This document shows, in pieces, positions 44,306-53,831 of a stretch of 64,000 bases of DNA. The notes under the pieces were generated by a model. It had not been told where the DNA came from. It did no database searches and worked only from the letters and a program-made list of their open reading frames with translations. The stretch's first letter is position 1, and every line of letters begins with the position of its first letter. The DNA comes from Stigmatella aurantiaca DW4/3-1. Lineage in GTDB: Bacteria > Myxococcota > Myxococcia > Myxococcales > Myxococcaceae. Both the position numbers and the translations under genes were made by a program. The stretch is from contig NC_014623.1 in NCBI RefSeq assembly GCF_000165485.1, positions 4,914,893 through 4,978,892 on the forward strand, written 5' to 3'.

Positions 44306-46240
44306 ATGCGCTCGAAGAACTCAAAGAGGTGGGGAGCGTTGGCTGCGCTTGGGCTGTGGGCGTGTACGGGGGACACGGGACCGACGGGGCCCGCAGGGCC
44401 TGCGGGGCCCCCGGGCGACCCGGGTGACCCGGGCAGTCCAGGCGAGCCGGTCAAGTCTCTCAGCTTCACGCCCATCAACGTTGCGGTGACCGATGCACAG
44501 AAGCGGTCGGTCTATGCCAGCCCCAAGGCGCGGGTGAATGGGAAAGAGGTCTCCATCCAGTATGAGACCGTGATGCGCACGGGCCATTCCCTGACGGGGC
44601 ATGTGTTCGGGCGCATGGTTCAGAAGAACGGCAGCCCGGTGAGAAACACCGACGGCTCGGAGTTCATCTCCCCGTCCAATGACTTCTCGGCGCTCATCCA
44701 GACGGGGAACAAGATCTTCGAGCTCACCCAGTTCGAGACCACCCCCGCGGCGATGTACCTGTCCGAGCTGAGCCAGGATGCCAACGGCAAGCTCACGGCC
44801 ATCAGCACCCGGCCCATCGACTTCTCGGGCGTGGAAGGCTACTGGACGCCGTGCGCGGGCAGCGTGTCTCCGTGGAACACGAACCTCTCCAGTGAGGAGT
44901 ACCCGGCGGATGCACGCCTCTTTGAGACCACGGCGTCGGTGAGCGCGCTTCCCTTGGCGGACCGCTCGATGCTCCGCTACTGGGGGCTGGATCCCACCAC
45001 CGCGACCATCGAGGAGGCCAAGGCGGTCTACTCTCCCTACCGGTACGGCTTCGTGGTCGAGGTGGCCGTTGATGGCTCGGGAACCACCACCGTGACGAAG
45101 CACTATGCAGCGGGCCGGCGGGCGCTTGAGCTGGCGTATGTGATGCCGGATCGCAGAACGGCCTACCTGAGCGACGATGGCGTCAACGACGGCTTCAACA
45201 TGTTCGTGGCGGCGCGGGCAGGGGACCTGTCCGAGGGCCAGCTTTACGCGGCGCGTTGGTTCCAGACCAGCCCTGCGGACCAGCCTGCGGGCCAGGCGGA
45301 CCTCTACTGGATTCCGCTGGGCCCCAGCGCGACGGACGCGCAGGTGAAGGCGTTGATCGACAGCGGCATCCAGTTCTCCCACATCTTCGAGACGGAGCCC
45401 CAGGCTGCCGATGGCACATGCCCCAGTGCGGCCTCGGGCTTCCGGCCGATCAACACCGAGACGGGCCGTGAGTGCTTGAAGTTGAAGGCGGGCCAGGAAC
45501 TGGCGGCCTCGCGCCTGGAGACGCGCCGGTATGCCGCCTATGTCGGGGCCACCACCGAGTTCCGCAAGACCGAGGGCATCACCTACAACCCCACCAACCA
45601 CCGGCTCTACGTCTCCTTCAGCGAGCTGAACAGCGGGATGATCCATGATCCCACGAACCGGGATCTGGGCGGCCCCAACCATGTCCGGCTGGCCCGCAAT
45701 GACTGTGGCGCGGTCTACGAGATGGCGATCACGCCCAATGCGGCCATTGGCAGTGACTACGTGGCCGAGTCCGCTTCGGCCCTGGTCGAGGGGGTGTGGC
45801 TGGGAGGCCCGGGCGGGAGCCTCTACCCGGAGACCAGCCCCTATCACGATCCCACCTACACGTATGTGGACAGCGCGGGCGCCATCAAAACCTCGCCGGC
45901 GAACCTGTGCAGCGTGAGCCACATCGCCAATCCCGACAACCTGTCCTTCATCAATGGGTACGACACGCTGCTCATTGGCGAGGACACCGTGAATGGCCAC
46001 CAGAATGACATGGTGTGGGCCTACAACCTGAGCACGCGCGAGCTGACCCGCATCTTCTCCGCCCCCTATGGTTCGGAGACGACGGGCGTCTACTTCTACC
46101 CGGACATCAACGGGTACGCGTACATCAAGACCCAGGTGCAGCACCCGTACGGCGAGTCCGACACCAACAAGGTGGGGTCGGACCCCAGCGTGACGCACTC
46201 GTACACGGGCTACATTGGTCCCTTCCCCGCGATGAACTGA
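44306..46240 (+). CDS. PhoX-family (DUF839) secreted phosphatase-like lipoprotein with collagen-like N-terminal G-x-y repeat
   Basis: SD AAAGGAG, lipoprotein signal 'MRSKNSKRWGALAALGLWAC', then 'TGDTGPTGPAGPAGPPGDPGDPGSPGEP'. Large beta-propeller-like body with PhoX-type motifs. Confidence 0.7.
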   Translation: MRSKNSKRWGALAALGLWACTGDTGPTGPAGPAGPPGDPGDPGSPGEPVKSLSFTPINVAVTDAQKRSVYASPKARVNGKEVSIQYETVMRTGHSLTGHVFGRMVQKNGSPVRNTDGSEFISPSNDFSALIQTGNKIFELTQFETTPAAMYLSELSQDANGKLTAISTRPIDFSGVEGYWTPCAGSVSPWNTNLSSEEYPADARLFETTASVSALPLADRSMLRYWGLDPTTATIEEAKAVYSPYRYGFVVEVAVDGSGTTTVTKHYAAGRRALELAYVMPDRRTAYLSDDGVNDGFNMFVAARAGDLSEGQLYAARWFQTSPADQPAGQADLYWIPLGPSATDAQVKALIDSGIQFSHIFETEPQAADGTCPSAASGFRPINTETGRECLKLKAGQELAASRLETRRYAAYVGATTEFRKTEGITYNPTNHRLYVSFSELNSGMIHDPTNRDLGGPNHVRLARNDCGAVYEMAITPNAAIGSDYVAESASALVEGVWLGGPGGSLYPETSPYHDPTYTYVDSAGAIKTSPANLCSVSHIANPDNLSFINGYDTLLIGEDTVNGHQNDMVWAYNLSTRELTRIFSAPYGSETTGVYFYPDINGYAYIKTQVQHPYGESDTNKVGSDPSVTHSYTGYIGPFPAMN

Positions 46241-46314
46241 GCGCACGCGCGGATGGTACAAACCGCCGGGGGGGCATTTCGGGGAGGCCCCCGGCGTTGG
46301 AGGCGGGAGCAACC

Positions 46315-48084
46315 ATGGGCCGTTGGAAGGTGACAGGAATCGTGGGGGTCGCTGGCCTGCTTGCCGCCGGGGCGGCCGTTCCTTGGTTTTGGGGCCGCGA
46401 GCGCCGTCCCGAGTCCGCGCCCCCGCCCACGGCGGCCCAGGTCCAGAAGGTGCTCCAGGCGGCTTTTCCGGCCCCCGCGCGGGCAGCCCCTGGGCTCTCG
46501 AACCCCGCGGCTTACCTTCCCGTTCAGTGCTACGCGGCCACCCAGGATGTGCCGGGCGGCCGCACCCGCAACGGGTGTTTCTCCTGCCATCAGCAGCCCC
46601 AGGCTCCCAATTACACCGAGGATGCCGAGGTCCAGACGCTGCTCTCGGTGGCGCGCCCCGCCGAGGACAACCGCTGGACGAACCTGCTCCGGCCGCCCCC
46701 GCCCGTTGAGCTCCCCGAGGCGGAGCTGTTGGCCTGGGTGCGATCGAGCAACTACGTGGACGAACGGGGAGGGCTGCGGCTTGCCGAGGCGCTGGCGCAT
46801 CCTCCCCCTGCTTGGGACGCGAACGGGGACGGCCGCTGGGAGGGCTATGTCCCGGACTGCGCGTTCCAGCCGGACGGCGAGGGCTTCGATCATTCTCCCG
46901 AGGGGCGCATGACGGGTTGGCGTGCGTTCGCCTATGCCCCCTTTCCAGGCATGTTCTGGCCCACCAACGGGAGCGCGGGCGATGTGTTCATCCGGTTGCC
47001 CGTGGAGTACCGGCGGGACCGGGAGGGCCGCGAGAGCACGGCCGTGTACCGCACCAACCTCGCCATCCTGGAGGCGTTCATCCGGCGGGTGGACGTGCCC
47101 CTGCCGCCCACGGACGAGCGCGCGCTCGGCGCGGATCTCGATGGGGATGGACAGCTCGGAACGGCCACGCGGGTGGCGTTCGTGTGGCCGCCTCATCCCG
47201 AGCGGCCCTTTGGCTACGTGGGCCAGGCGGCGGGGCTGGACCGTGCGCGGGACGGTTGGCCCGCGGCGGGCCTCTTTCCCCGGGGCACCGAGTTCCTCCA
47301 CAGCCTGCGCTACCTCGACGTGGAGGACGGGCAGGTGCGCATGGCCGCCCGGATGAAGGAGCTGCGCTACATGCGCAAGACCCGCTGGCTGACGTACAGC
47401 GATCTCCAACTCGCGGCCGAGGCCGAGGCCCGGGAGAAGATGCGCAACCCCGACAAGCTGAAGACCGTGCTCGCCGATGCGGAGCGCGGGGTGGGGACGG
47501 GCACCGGTTGGCTGATGCAGGGGTTCATCGAGGATGCGGGCGGGGCGTTGCGCCCGCAGAACGTCGAGGAGACCGCGGCCTGCATCGGGTGCCACGGAGG
47601 GGTCGGGGCGTCCACGGACAGCACCTTCAGCTTCGCGCGCAAGCTCGATCCGAGAGGGGCCGTCCAGGGCGGGTGGTACCACTGGGGCCGGCGGGGGATG
47701 AAGGGCATCCCGGAGCCGAAGCGTGCCGACGGGAGGGGAGAGTATGCCCACTGGCTCGAGCAGGTGGGCGGGGGGGATGACTTCGGGAGCAACGATGAGA
47801 TCCAGGCCCACTTCTTCCGGCCGGACGGGACGCTCCAGCCCTCCGCGGTGAAAGCCCTGAGCCAGGACATCTCGGTCTTGCTGGTCCCATCTCCCCGCCG
47901 GGCGCTGCTTTTGGATCGGGCGTATCTGGCGCTGGTGAAGGCGCAGCAGTTCGAGCGCGGCCGGGACGTCGTGGTGGGAGCGCCCCCGAAGGTGAAGACC
48001 CGGTTGGAGCAGGACGGGGAGACAGGCATTCTGGAGCCCGTCTCTCCGGGGTGGATGGGGCCCGCGAGAAGCGCTGCGCGCTGA
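46315..48084 (+). CDS. Putative di-heme c-type-cytochrome-like oxidoreductase (two CxxCH motifs; DUF1111/COG3488-like)
   Basis: N-terminal TM/signal 'MGRWKVTGIVGVAGLLAAGAAVPWFW', 'NGCFSCHQQ' and 'AACIGCHGGVG' heme-binding motifs, and a 'DLDGDGQLG' Ca-binding-like loop. 75-nt gap after the PhoX gene. Confidence 0.55.
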   Translation: MGRWKVTGIVGVAGLLAAGAAVPWFWGRERRPESAPPPTAAQVQKVLQAAFPAPARAAPGLSNPAAYLPVQCYAATQDVPGGRTRNGCFSCHQQPQAPNYTEDAEVQTLLSVARPAEDNRWTNLLRPPPPVELPEAELLAWVRSSNYVDERGGLRLAEALAHPPPAWDANGDGRWEGYVPDCAFQPDGEGFDHSPEGRMTGWRAFAYAPFPGMFWPTNGSAGDVFIRLPVEYRRDREGRESTAVYRTNLAILEAFIRRVDVPLPPTDERALGADLDGDGQLGTATRVAFVWPPHPERPFGYVGQAAGLDRARDGWPAAGLFPRGTEFLHSLRYLDVEDGQVRMAARMKELRYMRKTRWLTYSDLQLAAEAEAREKMRNPDKLKTVLADAERGVGTGTGWLMQGFIEDAGGALRPQNVEETAACIGCHGGVGASTDSTFSFARKLDPRGAVQGGWYHWGRRGMKGIPEPKRADGRGEYAHWLEQVGGGDDFGSNDEIQAHFFRPDGTLQPSAVKALSQDISVLLVPSPRRALLLDRAYLALVKAQQFERGRDVVVGAPPKVKTRLEQDGETGILEPVSPGWMGPARSAAR

Positions 48085-48113
48085 GGCAGGCCTCTCGTTG
48101 TCCGAGGGGGACT

Positions 48114-49118
48114 TTAGAACACGTCCTTGAGGTGCACGCTCAGGTGGGTATCGCCGGTGCCCAGGGTGCTCAGGTCGTCCTTGGGAACGACATAGCCCTG
48201 ATCCGCGCCGACGTGCTGCCGGTAGTAGTCCACCACGGCCGCGTCCTGCACATCGGACGTGGTGGTCTTCTTGACGCCATAGGCCGTGCCGTCAGCGGTC
48301 TTGGCCTTGATGGAGTCCGGCGCGCCCGCCGCGAGGTTGTCCAGCGTTCCGGAGACCCGGCCGCCGCTCTCCGGCGCGATGGTCATGCTGGCGTTGTTCC
48401 CCTCGATGTAGCTCACATCGTAGTAGGTCTGGTTTTCGCCGCCGTTGAACGCGACCTCTCCGAGGGTGGCCGCCGCGCCGTCGCCGGCCGTGCTGCGGAA
48501 GTTGCCGGACCAGCCCTGGGGGAACTCCTTCGTCACGGACTCACCCGGCTGAAGCGTCAGCGGCTCGATCTCCTGGCCACCGGCGTTCGGCGTGAACTTG
48601 ATCTCCATTGGCTTGGTGCCGTCGTTGGTGAACTCCATCGTGTTGCCGGTCTTGGACGCGTTCTTCGACGCACCCGCGGGAGCCACCGGGGCCGCGCCCG
48701 CCGGGGCCGCATCCGCTGCCGCCGCCGGGGCCGCGCCCGCGGGAGCCGCCGCTGCCGCCGCATCCGCCGCTGCCGCCGGGGCCGCGCCCGCCGCCGCCGC
48801 GTCGCCCAGCTCCGGCACGCCACCGCCCAGCTCGGGGGCCGCGAGGTCCCCGCCCGCGTTCGCGCCGCCCAGCAGTTCCACGGCCTTGTTCAGCAACTGG
48901 GAGATCTGCTCGAACCCCTTGCTCAGCGCCGCCAGGGATCCCTGCGAGCCCCCGGCGTCGAAGCTGTCGGTCTGCAGCAGGCTCTGGAGGGGGTTGCTCC
49001 GGGGTGTGCTCAGCGCCTCCAATCCCGGGGTCTGCTGGGACTGGGCGGGCACCGGCGCGGTCTGGGGGGCAGAGGAGGGGAAGGAGACGGGCGAGCGGGA
49101 GACGGAGGAAATAGACAT
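48114..49118 (-). CDS. Hypothetical protein with Ser/Pro-rich N-terminus, Ala/Pro tandem-repeat linker and C-terminal beta-rich domain
   Basis: Start at internal ATG (MSISSV). 'AAAAGAAPAAAADAAAAAAPAGAAPAAAADAAPAGAAPVAPAG' is encoded by GC-rich tandem DNA repeats (~48680-48840). C-terminal ~170 aa are globular-looking. Confidence 0.5.
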   Translation of the reverse strand: MSISSVSRSPVSFPSSAPQTAPVPAQSQQTPGLEALSTPRSNPLQSLLQTDSFDAGGSQGSLAALSKGFEQISQLLNKAVELLGGANAGGDLAAPELGGGVPELGDAAAAGAAPAAAADAAAAAAPAGAAPAAAADAAPAGAAPVAPAGASKNASKTGNTMEFTNDGTKPMEIKFTPNAGGQEIEPLTLQPGESVTKEFPQGWSGNFRSTAGDGAAATLGEVAFNGGENQTYYDVSYIEGNNASMTIAPESGGRVSGTLDNLAAGAPDSIKAKTADGTAYGVKKTTTSDVQDAAVVDYYRQHVGADQGYVVPKDDLSTLGTGDTHLSVHLKDVF

Positions 49119-49258
49119 GGCGGGAGTTCCTCGGGAGCGGGGTGGAAGGGAGCGGGCCGGAGCCTGTTGTCCGGAGTAAGAGCACACGCCGTGCCAGCCC
49201 CCTGGAGTCTGTAAACCCGCGAAAAGACGTGAAGGGCCCGGTTCCAGGAAGACGACTC

Positions 49259-49322
49259 CTGGTGACACTTGTCTACCCTGGTGCTGGTGACACTTGTTTC
49301 CTCTGGTGACAACCGTCACCAG
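49259..49322. promoter_or_regulatory. Three copies of CTGGTGACA(C) in a divergent intergenic region, the third forming a perfect palindrome CTGGTGAC-aacc-GTCACCAG
   Basis: Copies at 49259, 49284 and 49303. Located between the divergent genes 48114..49118(-) and 49363..50115(+). Confidence 0.5.
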
Positions 49323-49362
49323 GGGGCCTCTCCAGGGAACCCACCTTTGCTAGACCCCGTCC

Positions 49363-50115
49363 ATGCTCACGCTCCTGTTGACCGTTGTCCTGTCTGGCAC
49401 GGCCCCAGCCTCGGTCGAAGGTTGGGCTGGGAAGGCCTGTCCAGCGCCCACGAAGGAGCCTGACTCCAACGTTGAGTTCAAGGCCGGGCTGGAGGCACGT
49501 GCCACATGCCTCAAGAAGGCGATGAACCAGGCCATTGACCGGGTTCTCCTGCCGCTCAGGAAGAAGGACGCCACCGCCTTCAAGCAGTGGATGGGCCTTC
49601 AGGCGGACTACAACCGCTGGATGGCGGATGCCTGCGCGGCCGTCGAAGAGGCCAACTGGGTGGACCTTGCTTCGGGGGAGCGCTCCATGGGCACCGGTTA
49701 TGGCGGCACCGAACAGGAGTGTCTCCAACGACAGTATGCCTGGCGTGGGTTCTACGCCGACGCTTGGGCACGCGGCGATGGGAAGGCCCTGTCGGCAGCG
49801 CTGGAGGCGTATGCCCAGCAGGCGCCCAAGGCCCAGGAGAGGCTGCGTCAGTACCAGGCGCAGGCCCAAGCCGCCGCGGCCCAGGCGCCCGCCCAGGTGG
49901 AACAGTCCGACACGCCCTCGCAGAAGCTGTCGCGAGAGGACTGGAAGGCCTACAACGGCCGGTTGGAGCGTGCTGCCAGCGCGCCCAAGGCCCTCGCGGA
50001 GCGTCAGTGCGCCTTGGTGCCCAAGGCCAGCCCCTCCTGCGCGGAGAGCTTCCGGGCCAGCCTGGTCACGCAGCTGGACTTCAGCAATGCCCTCGGTGCT
50101 TCGGGGGGACCGTGA
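49363..50115 (+). CDS. Secreted DUF1311/LprI-like protein
   Basis: Signal peptide 'MLTLLLTVVLSGTAPASVEG'. Conserved Cys pairs and 'QxxWxxxRDxxC'-like DUF1311 segment (..QADYNRWMADACAA..). Confidence 0.5.
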   Translation: MLTLLLTVVLSGTAPASVEGWAGKACPAPTKEPDSNVEFKAGLEARATCLKKAMNQAIDRVLLPLRKKDATAFKQWMGLQADYNRWMADACAAVEEANWVDLASGERSMGTGYGGTEQECLQRQYAWRGFYADAWARGDGKALSAALEAYAQQAPKAQERLRQYQAQAQAAAAQAPAQVEQSDTPSQKLSREDWKAYNGRLERAASAPKALAERQCALVPKASPSCAESFRASLVTQLDFSNALGASGGP

Positions 50116-50133
50116 AGTTCCCTGGCGGGGCGG

Positions 50134-50727
50134 TCATGCGACAGGCCCTGTCCGGGGAGGGCCCGCCAGGTGGGCCATGTCCAGCTCCGCCCCCCGGCAT
50201 ATCCGTACCTTCAAGAACCGCTTGAGTTGATCCAGCGCGATGTCGTGATCGGTATCGCTCTCGGCGCAGCAGCAATCGCTCAGCACGGAGAGTTCGTACT
50301 CGTGCATGTGCGCGTCGTGAGCGCTGAAGAAGACGCAGAGGTTCGTGGCGATGCCCGTCAGGATCAGATGGGACGTGCCCAGGTACTCCAGCAGCGGCAC
50401 CAGCGAGGTCGAAAAGAAGGCCGAGTGCTTGGGCTTGACGATGAAGTAGTCGTCCGGGTGGGGCTTGAGCGCCAGGGCCACCTCTCGGCCCCGGGCGTCG
50501 GACCGGGTGCAGTACTCGAAGAGTTCATCGAAGTTGCTGCGCCACTGGCCGAAGTTGTCATTGACGTAGATGACCGGCACTCCAGCGCGCCGTGCCTGCT
50601 CGGCCACGGGAGCGAGGCGCTCGACCATCTTCCGGGCCCAAGGCAGGACCTTCTCGCCCCCTGGAAATTCCAGATCATTGATGACGTCGATGATCAACAG
50701 CGCGGCATGAGACTGCTTCACCGGCAT
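50134..50727 (-). CDS. Isochorismatase-family cysteine hydrolase
   Basis: 'AALLIIDVINDLEFPGGEKVLP...VPVIYVNDNFGQW...ILTGIATNLCVFFSAHDAHMHEY' carries the catalytic Cys. Confidence 0.8.
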   Translation of the reverse strand: MPVKQSHAALLIIDVINDLEFPGGEKVLPWARKMVERLAPVAEQARRAGVPVIYVNDNFGQWRSNFDELFEYCTRSDARGREVALALKPHPDDYFIVKPKHSAFFSTSLVPLLEYLGTSHLILTGIATNLCVFFSAHDAHMHEYELSVLSDCCCAESDTDHDIALDQLKRFLKVRICRGAELDMAHLAGPPRTGPVA

Positions 50728-50839
50728 GAACACTCCCTTCCTTCCTCCCCCTTGAAGACGAAGGTAGTCAGGCTCCCGGAGAGCAAGCCATGCCCGCTGG
50801 TGGAGCAGGCGAGGGGGCGGCGCCGTTCAGGGGGTTAAG

Positions 50840-52377
50840 GGAGGACTTCGTAGCGGACCAGCTCTTCGGTTTGCCCGCCTTCCTCCTTGACCTTGCCGAT
50901 GCCACGGACGAACCAATACGTCTTGGCCGTGCCACCGCCAGCCTTTTGCAGGACCACGGCCTGAAAGGTTCCCGCGGGCACCGTGACGGACTCCGAGGCT
51001 GAAGGTCCGGGCCCCGGAGCTCTTCAACGTGGTCACCTTGTTCGCCAAGCGGGTACGAGAGAGGGGCGCGTCAATCTCATCCTTCCTTGCCAAGGTGTTC
51101 ATTGTCCCCGTCCCGGATGTTGCCCGCCTTCGGGCCATAGGCCGGGGAGAAGCGCTCGTGGATCGCATCCAGGGCCTTTCCCAGCTCGAAGACCTGAGCG
51201 GGCGTCAGCACCGTTTCCCCATCGTTCACCAGGTTGGAGGGGGACAGGTAGGTGATGGGGAGGCCGGGTTGATGGAATTCATAGATGAACTGATCGCTCG
51301 TGATTCCAGGGGGAGGGTGGACCACTTCCGCGTCGCCGCCCGCTTGCACGTTGACGTACAGCCCGGGCTGCAAGCCGGAGGGATCAAAGGGGTTCGCCGT
51401 GAGCGCCCCGCCATTGGCCTCTTCGTCCGGGAAGTTGTGATGAACCAGCAGGGCCATCACGACGGACTTGTGGTCGATGCTGCTGTAGGCGCGCTCCTCG
51501 AATGTGCGGAACAGCCAGATGCTGGCCCAGGTCTCGCGGATGGCGTCGAGGACATCCTCCCAGTCGCTGGGGTCTCCGGTGTGTGACTCGTAGCACCCGG
51601 CGCATGGGAACCCCTCCAGGTCTTCGCTGTTCGTGCTGGTGCGGAACCGCATGGTCAAGCCTGGGTAGTCCGTGGCCAGCTTGGCCGTTTACGTGCGACA
51701 GCGGGGTCTGGAACTCCTCGGTGATGATCCCCAGCACCACGGAGATGTCATTGGGCACCCGGTCCAGCACGACGATGTCGCGGTAGGACAGATAGGTTTT
51801 GCCCAGGTCGGCCGCGTTGACGAACCGCAGCCTGCCCACGGAGGCCGCCAGGTTGAGCGGCTGATAATCGATGGCCGCGAAGAGTTCGGCGGTCGTCTTC
51901 ACCGGGACGGACGCCGCCAGCTTTTTCGCCTCGGCCTCGACGGCTTGGGACGTGGGGTGGAAGAACAGAGCTGGACCGAAGAACCCTGCTTTGCGGATGG
52001 CCTCGTAGAACTGGATCACCATGGCCGCGGAGGCGGTGTCATAGGGCGCGATCTCGAGCGCCCAGACATCGGGTCCCTCGTAATACGTGACGGAGCCCAA
52101 TCGCGTACTGCGTGCTGTTTTGAAAGTAGAGGGTGTTGTTGTCGAATTGATCCAGCACGACCTTCACCGAGCGGGCGCCCGGGATGCTGGTGTCGAGTGG
52201 CTCGGAGGCGAGGGCGTTGAAGTCCTCCTGGCACCCAAGGCGGAACAGAAAAGCTGGGCTGGAGGCCTCGCCTTCCAGGGCGCAGGTTCCCTCCGGGATC
52301 GGCTCCTCGCTGGAGGAGTCCTCCGAGCAGGCAAAGACCAGGGCTGCGGCCGCGATGAGACAGAGGTGGGGACGCAA
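50840..52377 (-). pseudogene. Disrupted lipoprotein gene (at least three frameshifts; sensor/phosphotransfer-like motifs of uncertain identity)
   Basis: TTG start with lipoprotein signal 'MRPHLCLIAAAALVFAC' at 52377. Coding continues through four different frames (ORFs 52039..52614, 51384..52100, 51077..51658, then an unlisted about 57-codon open frame ending near 50840: ...SVTVPAGTFQAVVLQKAGGGTAKTYWFVRGIGKVKEEGGQTEELVRYEVLP*). All segments look protein-like. Confidence 0.5.
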
Positions 52378-52394
52378 GAGGAGCCTCGGACGGG

Positions 52395-53303
52395 TTACGG
52401 GTTGATGGCGAAGCAGTAGATTCCCCCGTAGCCGCCGCCCCCCACCGTAGGGGAGCCACTGCCTGGGCCATTCTGGGAGAGGTTGACTCCCGGCGCGCAT
52501 CCAGGGGCCTGGTGATCCGACATCCAGTTGCCGCCGTTGGAGGGGTTGTTCGCGCTTCTGGGCCAGGAGTGGCCAATGGCCGGCTTGCCCGTGGATCCGG
52601 TGGCGCTCGTCCAATCGTTGCAGGTATTGCCCTTGCTGCCCGCGTATTGTCCCTGCTTGTTCGAGCCGGTCAGGGTGTCGTGGTTGTCGACGCCCTGGTG
52701 GTTCGGCTCGCCCCGTTCGTTCGGCAGGTCGTTCTTGATTTGCGTGGAGCCCTGGGGGCGAGCGGTCAGAAGCCCCGCCTTGTTCGAGGCCACGCGCAAG
52801 CCATTCCTGTCATACCAGGGGCCTTCGCCGATGCGATCAATGGCGTTGAGCGCGCCGCCGTTCGCCCCGCCCGTCGAGGCGCTCAGAAAGGCACGCCAGA
52901 CTTTTTGCCCGGACCCCGGGAGTGCTTTCTCCGCGATGGTCCGGCAGATCTTGTCCGCCCCTTCGATGCCGGTGGCCTCGCCGAAGCGGAGATCGCCACC
53001 GAAACCGTTCGCGCTGCCCGACAGCTCCCGCATGGACTCGAGGCTGGTCACGAAGAAGCTGAAGGAAGATGCATCCACTGGGTCTGCCGGATCCTCACCT
53101 CCCCCTGTTGAATCCCCTGGATCGCCATCCGCCGGTGGAACCTCCTCGGCTGGCTCCTCCTGGGAGGCGCCGGAGCCACACGCGGAGGCACAAACTCCCA
53201 GGCCGAAGAGAATGGCGGTGGAGACAACGAGCGGTTTTTCATGAAGGGCAACTCCCGTTCTGGATGACTGAAACCGTTGCACCCACGCCGTGCGGGCCTT
53301 CAC
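52395..53303 (-). CDS. Hypothetical lipoprotein with Gly/Asn-rich C-terminal region
   Basis: GTG start and signal 'MKARTAWVQRFQSSRTGVALHEKPLVVSTAILFGLGVCASAC'. Acidic linker, then a G/N/S-rich domain. Confidence 0.55.
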   Translation of the reverse strand: MKARTAWVQRFQSSRTGVALHEKPLVVSTAILFGLGVCASACGSGASQEEPAEEVPPADGDPGDSTGGGEDPADPVDASSFSFFVTSLESMRELSGSANGFGGDLRFGEATGIEGADKICRTIAEKALPGSGQKVWRAFLSASTGGANGGALNAIDRIGEGPWYDRNGLRVASNKAGLLTARPQGSTQIKNDLPNERGEPNHQGVDNHDTLTGSNKQGQYAGSKGNTCNDWTSATGSTGKPAIGHSWPRSANNPSNGGNWMSDHQAPGCAPGVNLSQNGPGSGSPTVGGGGYGGIYCFAINP

Positions 53304-53353
53304 CTCACTGGCAGGTCAGGTCCGATTGGCAACTCTGCCCGGAGGGGCAGTCC

Positions 53354-53692
53354 TCATCGCTGCTGCAGGACACAAGCCCCTGCGTCCAGTACCGCATCGC
53401 ACTCGAGGGAGGCCGCGATGCCTCCATGGTGTGCGAGATCCATGACGAAGTGGATGCGAGCGGCCCCGGGGGTGGAGGGCGGCGTCCAGGAGACCGTCAC
53501 GGGTTTCCCCCGCTCGACGGTGATGGGCGCGTTGGGCACGGAGAGGGCCTGGATGCCCTGGCCTCTCAACGAGAAGGCGGGGACCTCCGCGCCCCGGGCC
53601 TCCATTTTGAGGGCGGCGCCCTCCGCGAAGCCCGGGTACGGCAGGGTGCTCCCCCCATTGAGGAGTCTCTTCCGGTGGCTCGCCAGAATCAT
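53354..53692 (-). CDS. Small hypothetical protein (112 aa), beta-rich
   Basis: C-terminal part of the track's 53354..53878 ORF from internal ATG (MILASHRK...). Composition is better than the overlapping plus-strand N-terminal extension of the SDR ORF. Weak call. Confidence 0.3.
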   Translation of the reverse strand: MILASHRKRLLNGGSTLPYPGFAEGAALKMEARGAEVPAFSLRGQGIQALSVPNAPITVERGKPVTVSWTPPSTPGAARIHFVMDLAHHGGIAASLECDAVLDAGACVLQQR

Positions 53693-53831
53693 GGTGAGCG
53701 GACTCTCCACTGGACGTCTTAAGAAATCCTTACGTGTCCTGTCCCTCTGCACGTCCGGCGCACTTCCGGACAGAGGCCGCGGTGGAATTCCCGCGTGGCT
53801 TGCTCCACCATTGCCCTGGGAGGTGAGGGAC

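Noticed and set aside
44321-47811. Long minus-strand ORFs 44321..46312 and 46210..47811
   Set aside because: Antisense to the PhoX and di-heme genes.
50827-51168. 113-aa minus ORF (MRSTSASPRP...)
   Set aside because: Alternative frame over the 3' end of the fragmented lipoprotein gene.
53277-53831. N-terminal extension of the SDR ORF 53277..54602
   Set aside because: R/P-rich, no SD. A good SD plus the TGxxxGIG motif define the start at 53832.
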